A stretch of DNA of 64,000 nt from the NCBI GenBank assembly GCA_964016885.1, contig OZ024742.1:164486001-164550000 (forward strand). Direction: 5' to 3'. Source of the DNA: Eledone cirrhosa. Its lineage: Eukaryota. Positions 37,601 to 51,800 of the stretch are shown here, in pieces (within the stretch, counting starts at the first letter, position 1; each line of letters opens with the position of its first letter). The notes under the pieces were generated by a model that saw nothing but the letters and a program-made list of their open reading frames with translations, ran no database searches and was not told where the DNA came from. A program made the translations under genes and the position numbers.

Positions 37601-40600
37601 TGATTTTTTTTTACAAATTATCTCCCCCTGATTTTTTTTTACAAATTATCTCCCCCTGATTTTTTTTTACAAATTATCTCCCCCTGATTTTTTTACAAAT
37701 TATCTCCCCCTGATTTTTTTTACAATCTCCGCCTGATTTTTTAAAAAATTATCTTCCCTTGGCTGGCGGGAAATTATCTCCCCTTGGACGGCTGGAAATT
37801 ATCTCCCCTTGATTTTTTTACAAATTATCTCCCCCTGATTTTTTTTACAAATTATCTCCCCCTGATTTTATGTTACAAATTATCTCCCCCTGATTTTTTT
37901 ACAAATTATCTCCCCCTGATTTTTTTTACAAATTATCTCCGCCTGATTTTTTTAAATATTATCTTCCCTTGGCTGGCGGGAAATTATCTCCCCTTGGACG
38001 GCTGGAAATTATCTCCCCTTGATTTTTTTTACAAATTATCTCCCCCTGATTTTTTTTTACAAATTATCTCCCCCTGATTTTTTTTTACAAATTATCTCCC
38101 CCTGATTTTTTTTTACAAATTATCTCCCCCTGATTTTTTTTTACAAATCTCCCCCTGATTTTTTTATAAATTATCTCCCCTTGGCTGGCTGGAAATTATC
38201 TCCCCTTGGAGGCTGGAATTTATCTCCCCTTGGACGGCTAGAAATTACCTCTCCTTGGATGGCTGGAAAATATGTCTCCTTGGACGGCTGGATATTATCT
38301 ACCCTTGGACGGCTGGAAATTATCTCCCCTTGGACGGCTGGAAATTATCTCCCCTTGGACGGCTAGATATTACCTCCCATTGGACGGCTGGAAATTATCT
38401 CCCCTTGATTTTTTTTACAAATTATCTCCCCCTGATTTTTTTTTACGAATTATCTCCCCCTGATTTTTTTTTACAAATTATCTCCGCCTGATTTTTTTTT
38501 TAAAATTATCTCCCCTTGAACGGCTGGAAATTATCTCCCCTTGGACGGCTGGAAATTATCTCCCCTTGGACGGCTAGAAATTACCTCTCCTTGGACTGCT
38601 GAAAATTATCTCCCCTTGGACGGCTGCAAATTATCTCCCCTTGATTTTTTTAACAAATTATCTCCCCCTGATTTTTTTTTACAAATTATCTCCCCCTGAT
38701 TTTTTTTTACAAATTATCTACGCCTAATTTTTTTTACAAATTATCTCCCCCTGATTTTTTTTTACAAATTATCTCCCCCTGATTTTTTTTACAAATTATC
38801 TCCCCCTGATTTTTTTTACAAATTATCTCCCCCTGATTTTTTTACAAATTATCTCCCCCCTGATTTTTTTTACAATCTCCGCCTGATTTTTTTAAAAATT
38901 ATCTTCCCTTGGCTGGCGGGAAATTATCTCCCCTTGGACGGCTGGAAATTATATCCCCTTGGAAGGATGGAAATTATCTCCCCTTGGACGGCTGGAAATT
39001 ATCTCCCCTTGGACGGCTGGAAATTACCTCCCCTTGGACAGCTGGAAATTATCTGCCCTTGATTTTGTTTTTACAAATTATCTCCCCCTGATTTTTTTTA
39101 CAAATTATCTCCACCTGATTTTTTAAAAAATTATCTCCCCTTGGACGGCTGGAAATTATCTCCCCTTGGACGGCTGGAAATTATCTCCCCTTGATTTTTT
39201 TTACAAATTATCTCCCCCTGATTTTTTTTTACAAATTATCTCCCCCTGATTTTTTTTACAAATTATCTCCCCCTGATTTTTTTTTACAAATTATTTCCCC
39301 CTGATTTTTTTACAAATTATCTCCCCCCTGATTTTTTTTACAATCTCCGCCTGATTTTTTTAAAAATTATCTTCCCTTGGCTGGCGGGAAATTATCTCCC
39401 CTTGGACGGCTGGAAATTATATCCCCTTGGAAGGATGGAAATTATCTCCCCTTGGACGGCTGGAAATTATCTCCCCTTGGACGGCTGGAAATTATCTCCC
39501 CTTGGACAGCTGGAAATTATCTGCCCTTGATTTTGTTTTTACAAATTATCTCCCCCTGATTTTTTTTACAAATTATCTCCACCTGATTTTTTAAAAAATT
39601 ATCTCCCCTTGGACGGCTGGAAATTATCTCCCCTTGATTTTTTTTACAAATTATCTCCCCCTGATTTTTTTTTACAAATTATCTCCCCCTGATTTTTTTT
39701 ACAAATTATCTCCCCCTGATTTTTTTTTACAAATTATCTCCCCCTGATTTTTTTTTACGAATTATCTCCCCCCGATTTTTTTTTACAAATTATCTCCGCC
39801 TGATTTTTTTTAAAAAATTATCTCCCCTTGAACGGCTGGAAATTATCTCCCCTTGGACGGCTGGAAATTATCTCCCCTTGGACGGCTAGAAATTACCTCT
39901 CCTTGGACGGCTGAAAATTATCTCTCCTTGGACGGCTGCAAATTATCTCCCCTTGATTTTTTAACAAATTATCTCCCCCTGATTTTTTTTTACAAATTAT
40001 CTCCCCCTGATTTTTTTTTACAAATTATCTCCCCCTGATTTTTTTTTACAAATTATCTCCCCCTGATTTTTTTACAAATTATCTCCCCCTGATTTTTTTT
40101 ACAATCTCCGCCTGATTTTTTAAAAAATTATCTTCCCTTGGCTGGCGGGAAATTATCTCCCCTTGGACGGCTGGAAATTATCTCCCCTTGATTTTTTTAC
40201 AAATTATCTCCCCCTGATTTTTTTTACAAATTATCTCCCCCTGATTTTATGTTACAAATTATCTCCCCCTGATTTTTTTACAAATTATCTCCCCCTGATT
40301 TTTTTTACAAATTATCTCCGCCTGATTTTTTTAAATATTATCTTCCCTTGGCTGGCGGGAAATTATCTCCCCTTGGACGGCTGGAAATTATCTCCCCTTG
40401 ATTTTTTTTACAAATTATCTCCCCCTGATTTTTTTTTACAAATTATCTCCCCCTGATTTTTTTTTACAAATTATCTCCCCCTGATTTTTTTTTACAAATT
40501 ATCTCCCCCTGATTTTTTTTTACAAATCTCCCCCTGATTTTTTTATAAATTATCTCCCCTTGGCTGGCTGGAAATTATCTCCCCTTGGAGGCTGGAATTT

Positions 40601-43600
40601 ATCTCCCCTTGGACGGCTAGAAATTACCTCTCCTTGGATGGCTGGAAAATATGTCTCCTTGGACGGCTGGATATTATCTACCCTTGGACGGCTGGAAATT
40701 ATCTCCCCTTGGACGGCTGGAAATTATCTCCCCTTGGACGGCTAGATATTACCTCCCATTGGACGGCTGGAAATTATCTCCCCTTGATTTTTTTTACAAA
40801 TTATCTCCCCCTGATTTTTTTTTACGAATTATCTCCCCCTGATTTTTTTTTACAAATTATCTCCGCCTGATTTTTTTTTTAAAATTATCTCCCCTTGAAC
40901 GGCTGGAAATTATCTCCCCTTGGACGGCTGGAAATTATCTCCCCTTGGACGGCTAGAAATTACCTCTCCTTGGACTGCTGAAAATTATCTCCCCTTGGAC
41001 GGCTGCAAATTATCTCCCCTTGATTTTTTTAACAAATTATCTCCCCCTGATTTTTTTTTACAAATTATCTCCCCCTGATTTTTTTTTACAAATTATCTAC
41101 GCCTAATTTTTTTTACAAATTATCTCCCCCTGATTTTTTTTTACAAATTATCTCCCCCTGATTTTTTTTACAAATTATCTCCCCCTGATTTTTTTTACAA
41201 ATTATCTCCCCCTGATTTTTTTACAAATTATCTCCCCCCTGATTTTTTTTACAATCTCCGCCTGATTTTTTTAAAAATTATCTTCCCTTGGCTGGCGGGA
41301 AATTATCTCCCCTTGGACGGCTGGAAATTATATCCCCTTGGAAGGATGGAAATTATCTCCCCTTGGACGGCTGGAAATTATCTCCCCTTGGACGGCTGGA
41401 AATTACCTCCCCTTGGACAGCTGGAAATTATCTGCCCTTGATTTTGTTTTTACAAATTATCTCCCCCTGATTTTTTTTACAAATTATCTCCACCTGATTT
41501 TTTAAAAAATTATCTCCCCTTGGACGGCTGGAAATTATCTCCCCTTGGACGGCTGGAAATTATCTCCCCTTGATTTTTTTTACAAATTATCTCCCCCTGA
41601 TTTTTTTTTACAAATTATCTCCCCCTGATTTTTTTTACAAATTATCTCCCCCTGATTTTTTTTTACAAATTATTTCCCCCTGATTTTTTTACAAATTATC
41701 TCCCCCCTGATTTTTTTTACAATCTCCGCCTGATTTTTTTAAAAATTATCTTCCCTTGGCTGGCGGGAAATTATCTCCCCTTGGACGGCTGGAAATTATA
41801 TCCCCTTGGAAGGATGGAAATTATCTCCCCTTGGACGGCTGGAAATTATCTCCCCTTGGACGGCTGGAAATTATCTCCCCTTGGACAGCTGGAAATTATC
41901 TGCCCTTGATTTTGTTTTTACAAATTATCTCCCCCTGATTTTTTTTACAAATTATCTCCACCTGATTTTTTAAAAAATTATCTCCCCTTGGACGGCTGGA
42001 AATTATCTCCCCTTGATTTTTTTTACAAATTATCTCCCCCTGATTTTTTTTTACAAATTATCTCCCCCTGATTTTTTTTACAAATTATCTCCCCCTGATT
42101 TTTTTTTACAAATTATCTCACCCTGATTTTTTTTACAAATTATCTCTCCCTGATTTTTTTACAAATTATCTCCCCTTGGCTGGCTGGAAATTATCTCCCC
42201 TTGGAGGCTGGAATTTATCTCCCCTTGGACGGCTAGAAATTACCTCTCCTTGGACGGCTGGAAAATATGTCTCCTTGGACGGCTGGATATTATCTACCCT
42301 TGGACGGCTGGAAATTATCTCCCCTTGGACGGCTGGAAATTATCTCCTCTTGGACGGCTAGATATTACCTCCCCTTGGACGGCTGGAAATTATCTCCCCT
42401 TGATTTTTTTACAAATTATCTCCCCCTGATTTTTTTACAAATTATCTCCCCCTGATTTTTTTTACAAATTATCTCCGCCTAATTTTTTTAAATATTATCT
42501 TCCCTTGGCTGGCGGGAAATTATCTCCCCTTGGACGGCTGAAAATTATCTCCCCTTGGACGGCTGGAAATTATCTCCCCTTGATTTTTTTTACAAATTAT
42601 CTCCCCCTGATTTTTTTTTACAAATTATCTCCCCCTGATTTTTTTTACAAATTATCTCCTCCTGATTTTTTTACAAATTATCTCCCCTTGGCTGGCTGGA
42701 AATTATCTCCCCTTGGAGGCTGGAATTTATCTCCCCTTGGACGGCTAGAAATTACCTCTCCTTGGAAGGCTGGAAAATATGTCCTTGGACGGCTGGATAT
42801 TATCTACCCTTGGACGGCTGGAAATTATCTCCCCTTGGACGGCTGGAAATTATCTCCCCTTGGACGGCTAGATATTACCTCCCCTTGGACGGCTGAAAAT
42901 TATCTCCCCTTGGACGGCTGGAAATTATCTCCCCTTGATTTTTTTTACAAATTATCTCCCCCTGATTATTTTTTACAAATTATCCCCTGATTTTTTTTTT
43001 ACAAATTATCTCCCCCTGATTTTTTTTACAAATTATCTCCCCCTGATTTTTTTACAAATTATCTCCCCTTGGCTGGCTGGAAATTATCTCCCATTGGAGG
43101 CTGGAATTTATCTCCCCTTGGACGGTTAGAAATTACCTCCCCTTGGACGGCTGGAAAATATGTCTCCTTGGACGGCTGGAAATTATCGCCCCTTGGACGG
43201 CTGGAAATTATCTCCCCTTGGACGGCTGGAAATTATCTCTCATCGGACGGCTAGAAATTACCTCTCCTTGGACAGCTGAAAATTATCTCCCCTTGGACGG
43301 CTGGAAATTATCTCCCCTTGATTTTTTTTACAAATTATCTCCCCCTGATTTTTTTTTACAAATTATCTCCCCCTGATTTTTTTTTACAAATTATCTCCCC
43401 CTGATTTTTTTTTACAAATTATCTCCCCCTGATATTTTTTACAAATTATCTCCCCCTGATTTTTTTACAAATTATCTCCCCTTGGCTGGCTGGAAATTAT
43501 CTCCCCTTGGAGGCTGGAATTTATCTCCCCTTGGACGGCTAGAAATTACCTCGCCTTGGACGGCTGGAAAATATGTCTCCTTGGACGGCTGGAAATTATC

Positions 43601-46600
43601 TCCCCTTGGACGGCTGGAAATTATCTCCCCTTGGACAGCTGGAAATTATCTCCCCTTGGACGGCTAGATATTACCTCCCCTTGGACGGCTGGAAATTATC
43701 TCCCCTTGATTTTTTTTACAAATTATCTCCCCCTGATTTTTTTTTACAAATTATCTCCCCCTGATTTTTTTTTACGAATTATCTCCCCCCGATTTTTTTT
43801 TACAAATTATCTCCGCCTGATTTTTTTTTAAAAATTATCTCCCCTTGAACGGCTGGAAATTATCTCCCCTTGGACGGCTGGAAATTATCTCCCCTTGGAC
43901 GGCTAGAAATTACCTCTCCTTGGACGGCTGAAAATTATCTCCCCTTGGACGGCTGCAAATTATCTCCCCTTGATTTTTTAACAAATTATCTCCCCCTGAT
44001 TTTTTTTTACAAATTATCTCCCCCTGATTTTTTTTTACAAATTATCTCCCCCTGATTTTTTTTTACAAATTATCTCCCCCTGATTTTTTTACAAATTATC
44101 TCCCCCTGATTTTTTTTACAATCTCCGCCTGATTTTTTAAAAAATTATCTTCCCTTGGCTGGCGGGAAATTATCTCCCCTTGGACGGCTGGAAATTATCT
44201 CCCCTTGGACGGCTGGAAATTATCTCCCCTTGGACAGCTGGAAATTATCTGCCCTTGATTTTGTTTTTACAAATTATCTCCCCCTGATTTTTTTTACAAA
44301 TTATCTCCACCTGATTTTTTAAAAAATTATCTCCCCTTGGACGGCTGGAAATTATCTCCCCTTGATTTTTTTACAAATTATCTCCCCCTGATTTTTTTTA
44401 CAAATGATCTCCCCCTGATTTTATGTTACAAATTATCTCCCCCTGATTTTTTTACAAATTATCTCCCCCTGATTTTTTTTACAAATTATCTCCGCCTGAT
44501 TTTTTTAAATATTATCTTCCCTTGGCTGGCGGGAAATTATCTCCCCTTGGACGGCTGGAAATTATCTCCCCTTGATTTTTTTTACAAATTATCTCCCCCT
44601 GATTTTTTTTTACAAATTATCTCCCCCTGATTTTTTTTTACAAATTATCTCCCCCTGATTTTTTTTTACAAATTATCTCCCCCTGATTTTTTTTTACAAA
44701 TCTCCCCCTGATTTTTTTATAAATTATCTCCCCTTGGCTGGCTGGAAATTATCTCCCCTTGGAGGCTGGAATTTATCTCCCCTTGGACGGCTAGAAATTA
44801 CCTCTCCTTGGATGGCTGGAAAATATGTCTCCTTGGACGGCTGGATATTATCTACCCTTGGACGGCTGGAAATTATCTCCCCTTGGACGGCTGGAAATTA
44901 TCTCCCCTTGGACGGCTAGATATTACCTCCCATTGGACGGCTGGAAATTATCTCCCCTTGATTTTTTTTACAAATTATCTCCCCCTGATTTTTTTTTACG
45001 AATTATCTCCCCCTGATTTTTTTTTACAAATTATCTCCGCCTGATTTTTTTTTTAAAATTATCTCCCCTTGAACGGCTGGAAATTATCTCCCCTTGGACG
45101 GCTGGAAATTATCTCCCCTTGGACGGCTAGAAATTACCTCTCCTTGGACGGCTGAAAATTATCTCCCCTTGGACGGCTGCAAATTATCTCCCCTTGATTT
45201 TTTTAACAAATTATCTCCCCCTGATTTTTTTTTACAAATTATCTCCCCCTGATTTTTTTTACAAATTATCTACGCCTAATTTTTTTTACAAATTATCTCC
45301 CCCTGATTTTTTTTTACAAATTATCTCCCCCTGATTTTTTTTACAAATTATCTCCCCTTGGCTGGCTGGAAATTATCTCCCCTTGGAGGCTGGAATTTAT
45401 CTCCCCTTGGACGGTAAGAAATTACCTCTCCTTGGACTGCTGGAAAATATGTCTCCTTGGACGGCTGGAAATTATCTCCCCTTGGACGGCTGGAAATTAT
45501 CTCCCCTTGGACGGCTGGAAATTATCTCTCCTCGGACGACTAGAAATTACCTCTCCTTGGACAGCTGAAAATTATCTCCCCTTGGACGGCTGGAAATTAT
45601 CTCCCCTTGATTTTTTTTACAAATTATCTCCCCCTGATTTATTTTACAAATTATCTCCCCCTGATTTTTTTTTACAAATTATCTCCCCCTGATTTTTTTT
45701 ACAAATTATCTCCCCCTGATATTTTTTACAAATTATCTCCCCCTGATTTTTTTACAAATTATCTCCCCTTGGCTGGCTGGAAATTATCTACCCTTGGAGG
45801 CTGGAATTTATCTCCCCTTGGACGGCTAGAAATTACCTCGCCTTGGACGGCTGGAAAATATGTCTCCTTGGACGGCTGGAAATTATCTCCCCTTGGACGG
45901 CTGGAAATTATCTCCCCTTGGACGGCTGGAAATTATCTCCCCTTGGACGGCTAGATATTACCTCCCCTTGGACGGCTGGAAATTATCTCCCCTTGATTTT
46001 TTTTACAAATTATCTCCCCCTGATTTTTTTTTACAAATTATCTCCCCCTGATTTTTTTTTACGAAGTATCTCCCCCTGATTTTTTTTTACAAATTATCTC
46101 CGCCTGATTTTTTTTTTAAAATTATCTCCCCTTGAACGGCTGGAAATTATCTCCCCTTGGACGGCTGGAAATTATCTCCCCTTGGACGGCTAGAAATTAC
46201 CTCTCCTTGGACGGCTGAAAATTATCTCCCATTGGACGGCTGCAAATTATCTCCCCTTGATTTTTTAACAAATTATCTCCCCCTGATTTTTTTTTACAAA
46301 TTATCTCCCCCTGATTTTTTTTTACAAATTATCTACGCCTAATTTTTTTTACAAATTATCTCCCCCTGATTTTTTTTTTACAAATTATCTCCCCCTGATT
46401 TTTTTTACAAATTATCTCCCCCTGATTTTTTTTTACAAATTATTTCCCCCTGATTTTTTTACAAATTATCTCCCCCCTGATTTTTTTTACAATCTCCGCC
46501 TGATTTTTTTAAAAATTATCTTCCCTTGGCTGGCGGGAAATTATCTCCCCTTGGACGGCTGGAAATTATATCCCCTTGGAAGGATGGAAATTATCTCCCC

Positions 46601-48870
46601 TTGGACGGCTGGAAATTATCTCCCCTTGGACGGCTGGAAATTATCTCCCCTTGGACAGCTGGAAATTATCTGTCCTTGATTTTGTTTTTACAAATTATCT
46701 CCCCCTGATTTTTTTTACAAATTATCTCCACCTGATTTTTTAAAAAATTATCTCCCCTTGGACGGCTGGAAATTATCTCCCCTTGATTTTTTTTACAAAT
46801 TATCTCCCCCTGATTTTTTTTACAAATTATCTCCCCCTGATTTTTTTTTACAAATTATCTCCCCCTGATTTTTTTTTACAAATTATCTCACCCTGATTTT
46901 TTTTACAAATTATCTCTCCCTGATTTTTTTACAAATTATCTCCCCTTGGCTGGCTGGAAATTATCTCCCCTTGGAGGCTGGAATTTATCTCCCCTTGGAC
47001 GGCTAGAAATTACCTCTCCTTGGACGGCTGGAAAATATGTCTCCTTGGACGGCTGGATATTATCTACCCGTGGACGGCTGGAAATTATCTCCCCTTGGAC
47101 GGCTGGAAATTATCTCCTCTTGGACGGCTAGATATTACCTCCCCTTGGACGGCTGGAAATTATCTCCCCTTGATTTTTTTACAAATTATCTCCCCCTGAT
47201 TTTTTTACAAATTATCTCCCCCTGATTTTTTTTACAAATTATCTCCGCCTAATTTTTTTAAATATTATCTTCCCTTGGCTGGCGGGAAATTATCTCCCCT
47301 TGGACGGCTGAAAATTATCTCCCCTTGGACGGCTGGAAATTATCTCCCCTTGATTTTTTTTACAAATTATCTCCCCCTGATTTTTTTTTACAAATTATCT
47401 CCTCCTGATTTTTTTTACAAATTATCTCCCCCTGATTTTTTTACAAATTATCTCCCCTTGGCTGGCTGGAAATTATCTCCCCTTGGAGGATGGAATTTAT
47501 CTCCCCTTGGACGGCTAGAAATTACCTCTCCTTGGAAGGCTGGAAAATATGTCCTTGGACGGCTGGATATTATCTACCCTTGGACGGCTGGAAATTATCT
47601 CCCCTTGGACGGCTGGAAATTATCTCCCCTTGGACGGCTAGATATTACCTCCCCTTGGACGGCTGAAAATTATCTCCCCTTGGACGGCTGGAAATTATCT
47701 CCCCTTGATTTTTTTTACAAATTATCTCCCCCTGATTATTTTTTACAAATTATCCCCTGATTTTTTTTTTACAAATTATCTCCCCCTGATTTTTTTTACA
47801 AATTATCTCCCCCTGATTTTTTTACAAATTATCTCCCCTTGGCTGGCTGGAAATTATCTCCCATTGGAGGCTGGAATTTATCTCCCCTTGGACGGTTAGA
47901 AATTACCTCCCCTTGGACGGCTGGAAAATATGTCTCCTTGGACGGCTGGAAATTATCGCCCCTTGGATGGCTGGAAATTATCTCCCCTTGGACGGCTGGA
48001 AATTATCTCTCATCGGACGGCTAGAAATTACCTCTCCTTGGACAGCTGAAAATTATCTCCCCTTGGACGGCTGGAAATTATCTCCCCTTGATTTTTTTTA
48101 CAAATTATCTCCCCCTGATTTTTTTTTACAAATTATCTCCCCCTGATTTTTTTTTACAAATTATCTCCCCCTGATTTTTTTTTACAAATTATCTCCCCCT
48201 GATATTTTTTACAAATTATCTCCCCCTGATTTTTTTACAAATTATCTCCCCTTGGCTGGCTGGAAATTATCTCCCCTTGGAGGCTGGAATTTATCTCCCC
48301 TTGGACGGCTAGAAATTACCTCGCCTTGGACGGCTGGAAAATATGTCTCCTTGGACGGCTGGAAATTATCTCCCCTTGGACGGCTGGAAATTATCTCCCC
48401 TTGGACAGCTGGAAATTATCTCCCCTTGGACGGCTAGATATTACCTCCCCTTGGACGGCTGGAAATTATCTCCCCTTGATTTTTTTTACAAATTATCTCC
48501 CCCTGATTTTTTTTTACAAATTATCTCCCCCTGATTTTTTTTTACGAATTATCTCCCCCCGATTTTTTTTTACAAATTATCTCCGCCTGATTTTTTTTTA
48601 AAAATTATCTCCCCTTGAACGGCTGGAAATTATCTCCCCTTGGACGGCTGGAAATTATCTCCCCTTGGACGGCTAGAAATTACCTCTCCTTGGACGGCTG
48701 AAAATTATCTCCCCTTGGACGGCTGCAAATTATCTCCCCTTGATTTTTTAACAAATTATCTCCCCCTGATTTTTTTTTACAAATTATCTCCCCCTGATTT
48801 TTTTTTTACAAATTATCTCCCCCTGATTTTTTTTTACAAATTATCTCCCCCTGATTTTTTTTACAAATTA
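34190..48870 (+). repeat. Dispersed duplication at offset ~11167 (~34190-37700 matches ~45357-48870)
   Basis: Offsets 34990/46157, 35779/46946, 36108/47275. Shared rare markers ACGAAGTATC (~34894/~46061), TCTGTCCTTG (~35501/~46669) and CTACCCTTGGAGG (~34621/~45788). Confidence 0.85.
37320..42119 (+). repeat. Tandem duplication of a 2379-bp unit
   Basis: Constant offset 2379 (37474/39853, 37784/40163, 38181/40560, 38909/41288, 39377/41756). The private variant GGACTGCTGAAAA is at ~38593 and ~40972. Confidence 0.92.
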
Positions 48871-51800
48871 TCTACCCCTGATTTTTTTTACAATCTCCGC
48901 CTGATTTTTTAAAAAATTATCTTCCCTTGGCTGGCGGGAAATTATCTCCCCTTGGACGGCTGGAAATTATCTCCCCTTGGACGGCTGGAAATTATCTCCC
49001 CTTGGACAGCTGGAAATTATCTGCCCTTGATTTTGTTTTTACAAATTATCTCCCCCTGATTTTTTTTACAAATTATCTCCACCTGATTTTTTAAAAAATT
49101 ATCTCCCCTTGGACGGCTGGAAATTATCTCCCCTTGATTTTTTTACAAATTATCTCCCCCTGATTTTTTTTACAAATTATCTCCGCCTGATTTTTTTAAA
49201 TATTATCTTCCCTTGGCTGGCGGGAAATTATCTCCCCTTGGACGGCTGGAAATTATCTCCCCTTGATTTTTTTTACAAATTATCTCCCCCTGATTTTTTT
49301 TTACAAATTATCTCCCCCTGATTTTTTTTTACAAATTATCTCCCCCTGATTTTTTTTTACAAATTATCTCCCCCTGATTTTTTTTTACAAATCTCCCCCT
49401 GATTTTTTTATAAATTATCTCCCCTTGGCTGGCTGGAAATTATCTCCCCTTGGAGGCTGGAATTTATCTCCCCTTGGACGGCTAGAAATTACCTCTCCTT
49501 GGATGGCTGGAAAATATGTCTCCTTGGACGGCTGGATATTATCTACCCTTGGACGGCTGGAAATTATCTCCCCTTGGACGGCTGGAAATTATCTCCCCTT
49601 GGACGGCTAGATATTACCTCCCATTGGACGGCTGGAAATTATCTCCCCTTGATTTTTTTTACAAATTATCTCCCCCTGATTTTTTTTTACGAATTATCTC
49701 CCCCTGATTTTTTTTTACAAATTATCTCCGCCTGATTTTTTTTTTAAAATTATCTCCCCTTGAACGGCTGGAAATTATCTCCCCTTGGACGGCTGGAAAT
49801 TATCTCCCCTTGGACGGCTAGAAATTACCTCTCCTTGGACGGCTGAAAATTATCTCCCCTTGGACGGCTGCAAATTATCTCCCCTTGATTTTTTTAACAA
49901 ATTATCTCCCCCTGATTTTTTTTTACAAATTATCTCCCCCTGATTTTTTTTTACAAATTATCTACGCCTAATTTTTTTTACAAATTATCTCCCCCTGATT
50001 TTTTTTTACAAATTATCTCCCCCTGATTTTTTTTACAAATTATCTCCCCCTGATTTTTTTTACAAATTATCTCCCCCTGATTTTTTTACAAATTATCTCC
50101 CCCCTGATTTTTTTTACAATCTCCGCCTGATTTTTTTAAAAATTATCTTCCCTTGGCTGGCGGGAAATTATCTCCCCTTGGACGGCTGGAAATTATATCC
50201 CCTTGGAAGGATGGAAATTATCTCCCCTTGGACGGCTGGAAATTACCTCCCCTTGGACAGCTGGAAATTATCTGCCCTTGATTTTGTTTTTACAAATTAT
50301 CTCCCCCTGATTTTTTTTACAAATTATCTCCACCTGATTTTTTAAAAAATTATCTCCCCTTGGACGGCTGGAAATTATCTCCCCTTGGACGGCTGGAAAT
50401 TATCTCCCCTTGATTTTTTTTTACAAATTATCTCCCCCTGATTTTTTTTTACAAATTATCTCCCCCTGATTTTTTTTACAAATTATCTCCCCCTGATTTT
50501 TTTTTACAAATTATTTCCCCCTGATTTTTTTACAAATTATCTCCCCCCTGATTTTTTTTACAATCTCCGCCTGATTTTTTTAAAAATTATCTTCCCTTGG
50601 CTGGCGGGAAATTATCTCCCCTTGGACGGCTGGAAATTATATCCCCTTGGAAGGATGGAAATTATCTCCCCTTGGACGGCTGGAAATTATCTCCCCTTGG
50701 ACGGCTGGAAATTATCTCCCCTTGGACAGCTGGAAATTATCTGCCCTTGATTTTGTTTTTACAAATTATCTCCCCCTGATTTTTTTTACAAATTATCTCC
50801 ACCTGATTTTTTAAAAAATTATCTCCCCTTGGACGGCTGGAAATTATCTCCCCTTGATTTTTTTTACAAATTATCTCCCCCTGATTTTTTTTTACAAATT
50901 ATCTCCCCCTGATTTTTTTTTACAAATTATCTCCCCCTGATTTTTTTTTACAAATTATCTCACCCTGATTTTTTTTACAAATTATCTCTCCCTGATTTTT
51001 TTACAAATTATCTCCCCTTGGCTGGCTGGAAATTATCTCCCCTTGGAGGCTGGAATTTATCTCCCCTTGGACGGCTAGAAATTACCTCTCCTTGGACGGC
51101 TGGAAAATATGTCTCCTTGGACGGCTGGATATTATCTACCCTTGGACGGCTGGAAATTATCTCCCCTTGGACGGCTGGAAATTATCTCCTCTTGGACGGC
51201 TAGATATTACCTCCCCTTGGACGGCTGGAAATTATCTCCCCTTGATTTTTTTACAAATTATCTCCCCCTGATTTTTTTACAAATTATCTCCCCCTGATTT
51301 TTTTTACAAATTATCTCCGCCTAATTTTTTTAAATATTATCTTCCCTTGGCTGGCGGGAAATTATCTCCCCTTGGACGGCTGAAAATTATCTCCCCTTGG
51401 ACGGCTGGAAATTATCTCCCCTTGATTTTTTTTACAAATTATCTCCCCCTGATTTTTTTTTACAAATTATCTCCCCCTGATTTTTTTTACAAATTATCTC
51501 CCCCTGATTTTTTTACAAATTATCTCCCCTTGGCTGGCTGGAAATTATCTCCCCTTGGAGGCTGGAATTTATCTCCCCTTGGACGGCTAGAAATTACCTC
51601 TCCTTGGAAGGCTGGAAAATATGTCCTTGGACGGCTGGATATTATCTACCCTTGGACGGCTGGAAATTATCTCCCCTTGGACGGCTGGAAATTATCTCCC
51701 CTTGGACGGCTAGATATTACCTCCCCTTGGACGGCTGAAAATTATCTCCCCTTGGACGGCTGGAAATTATCTCCCCTTGATTTTTTTTACAAATTATCTC

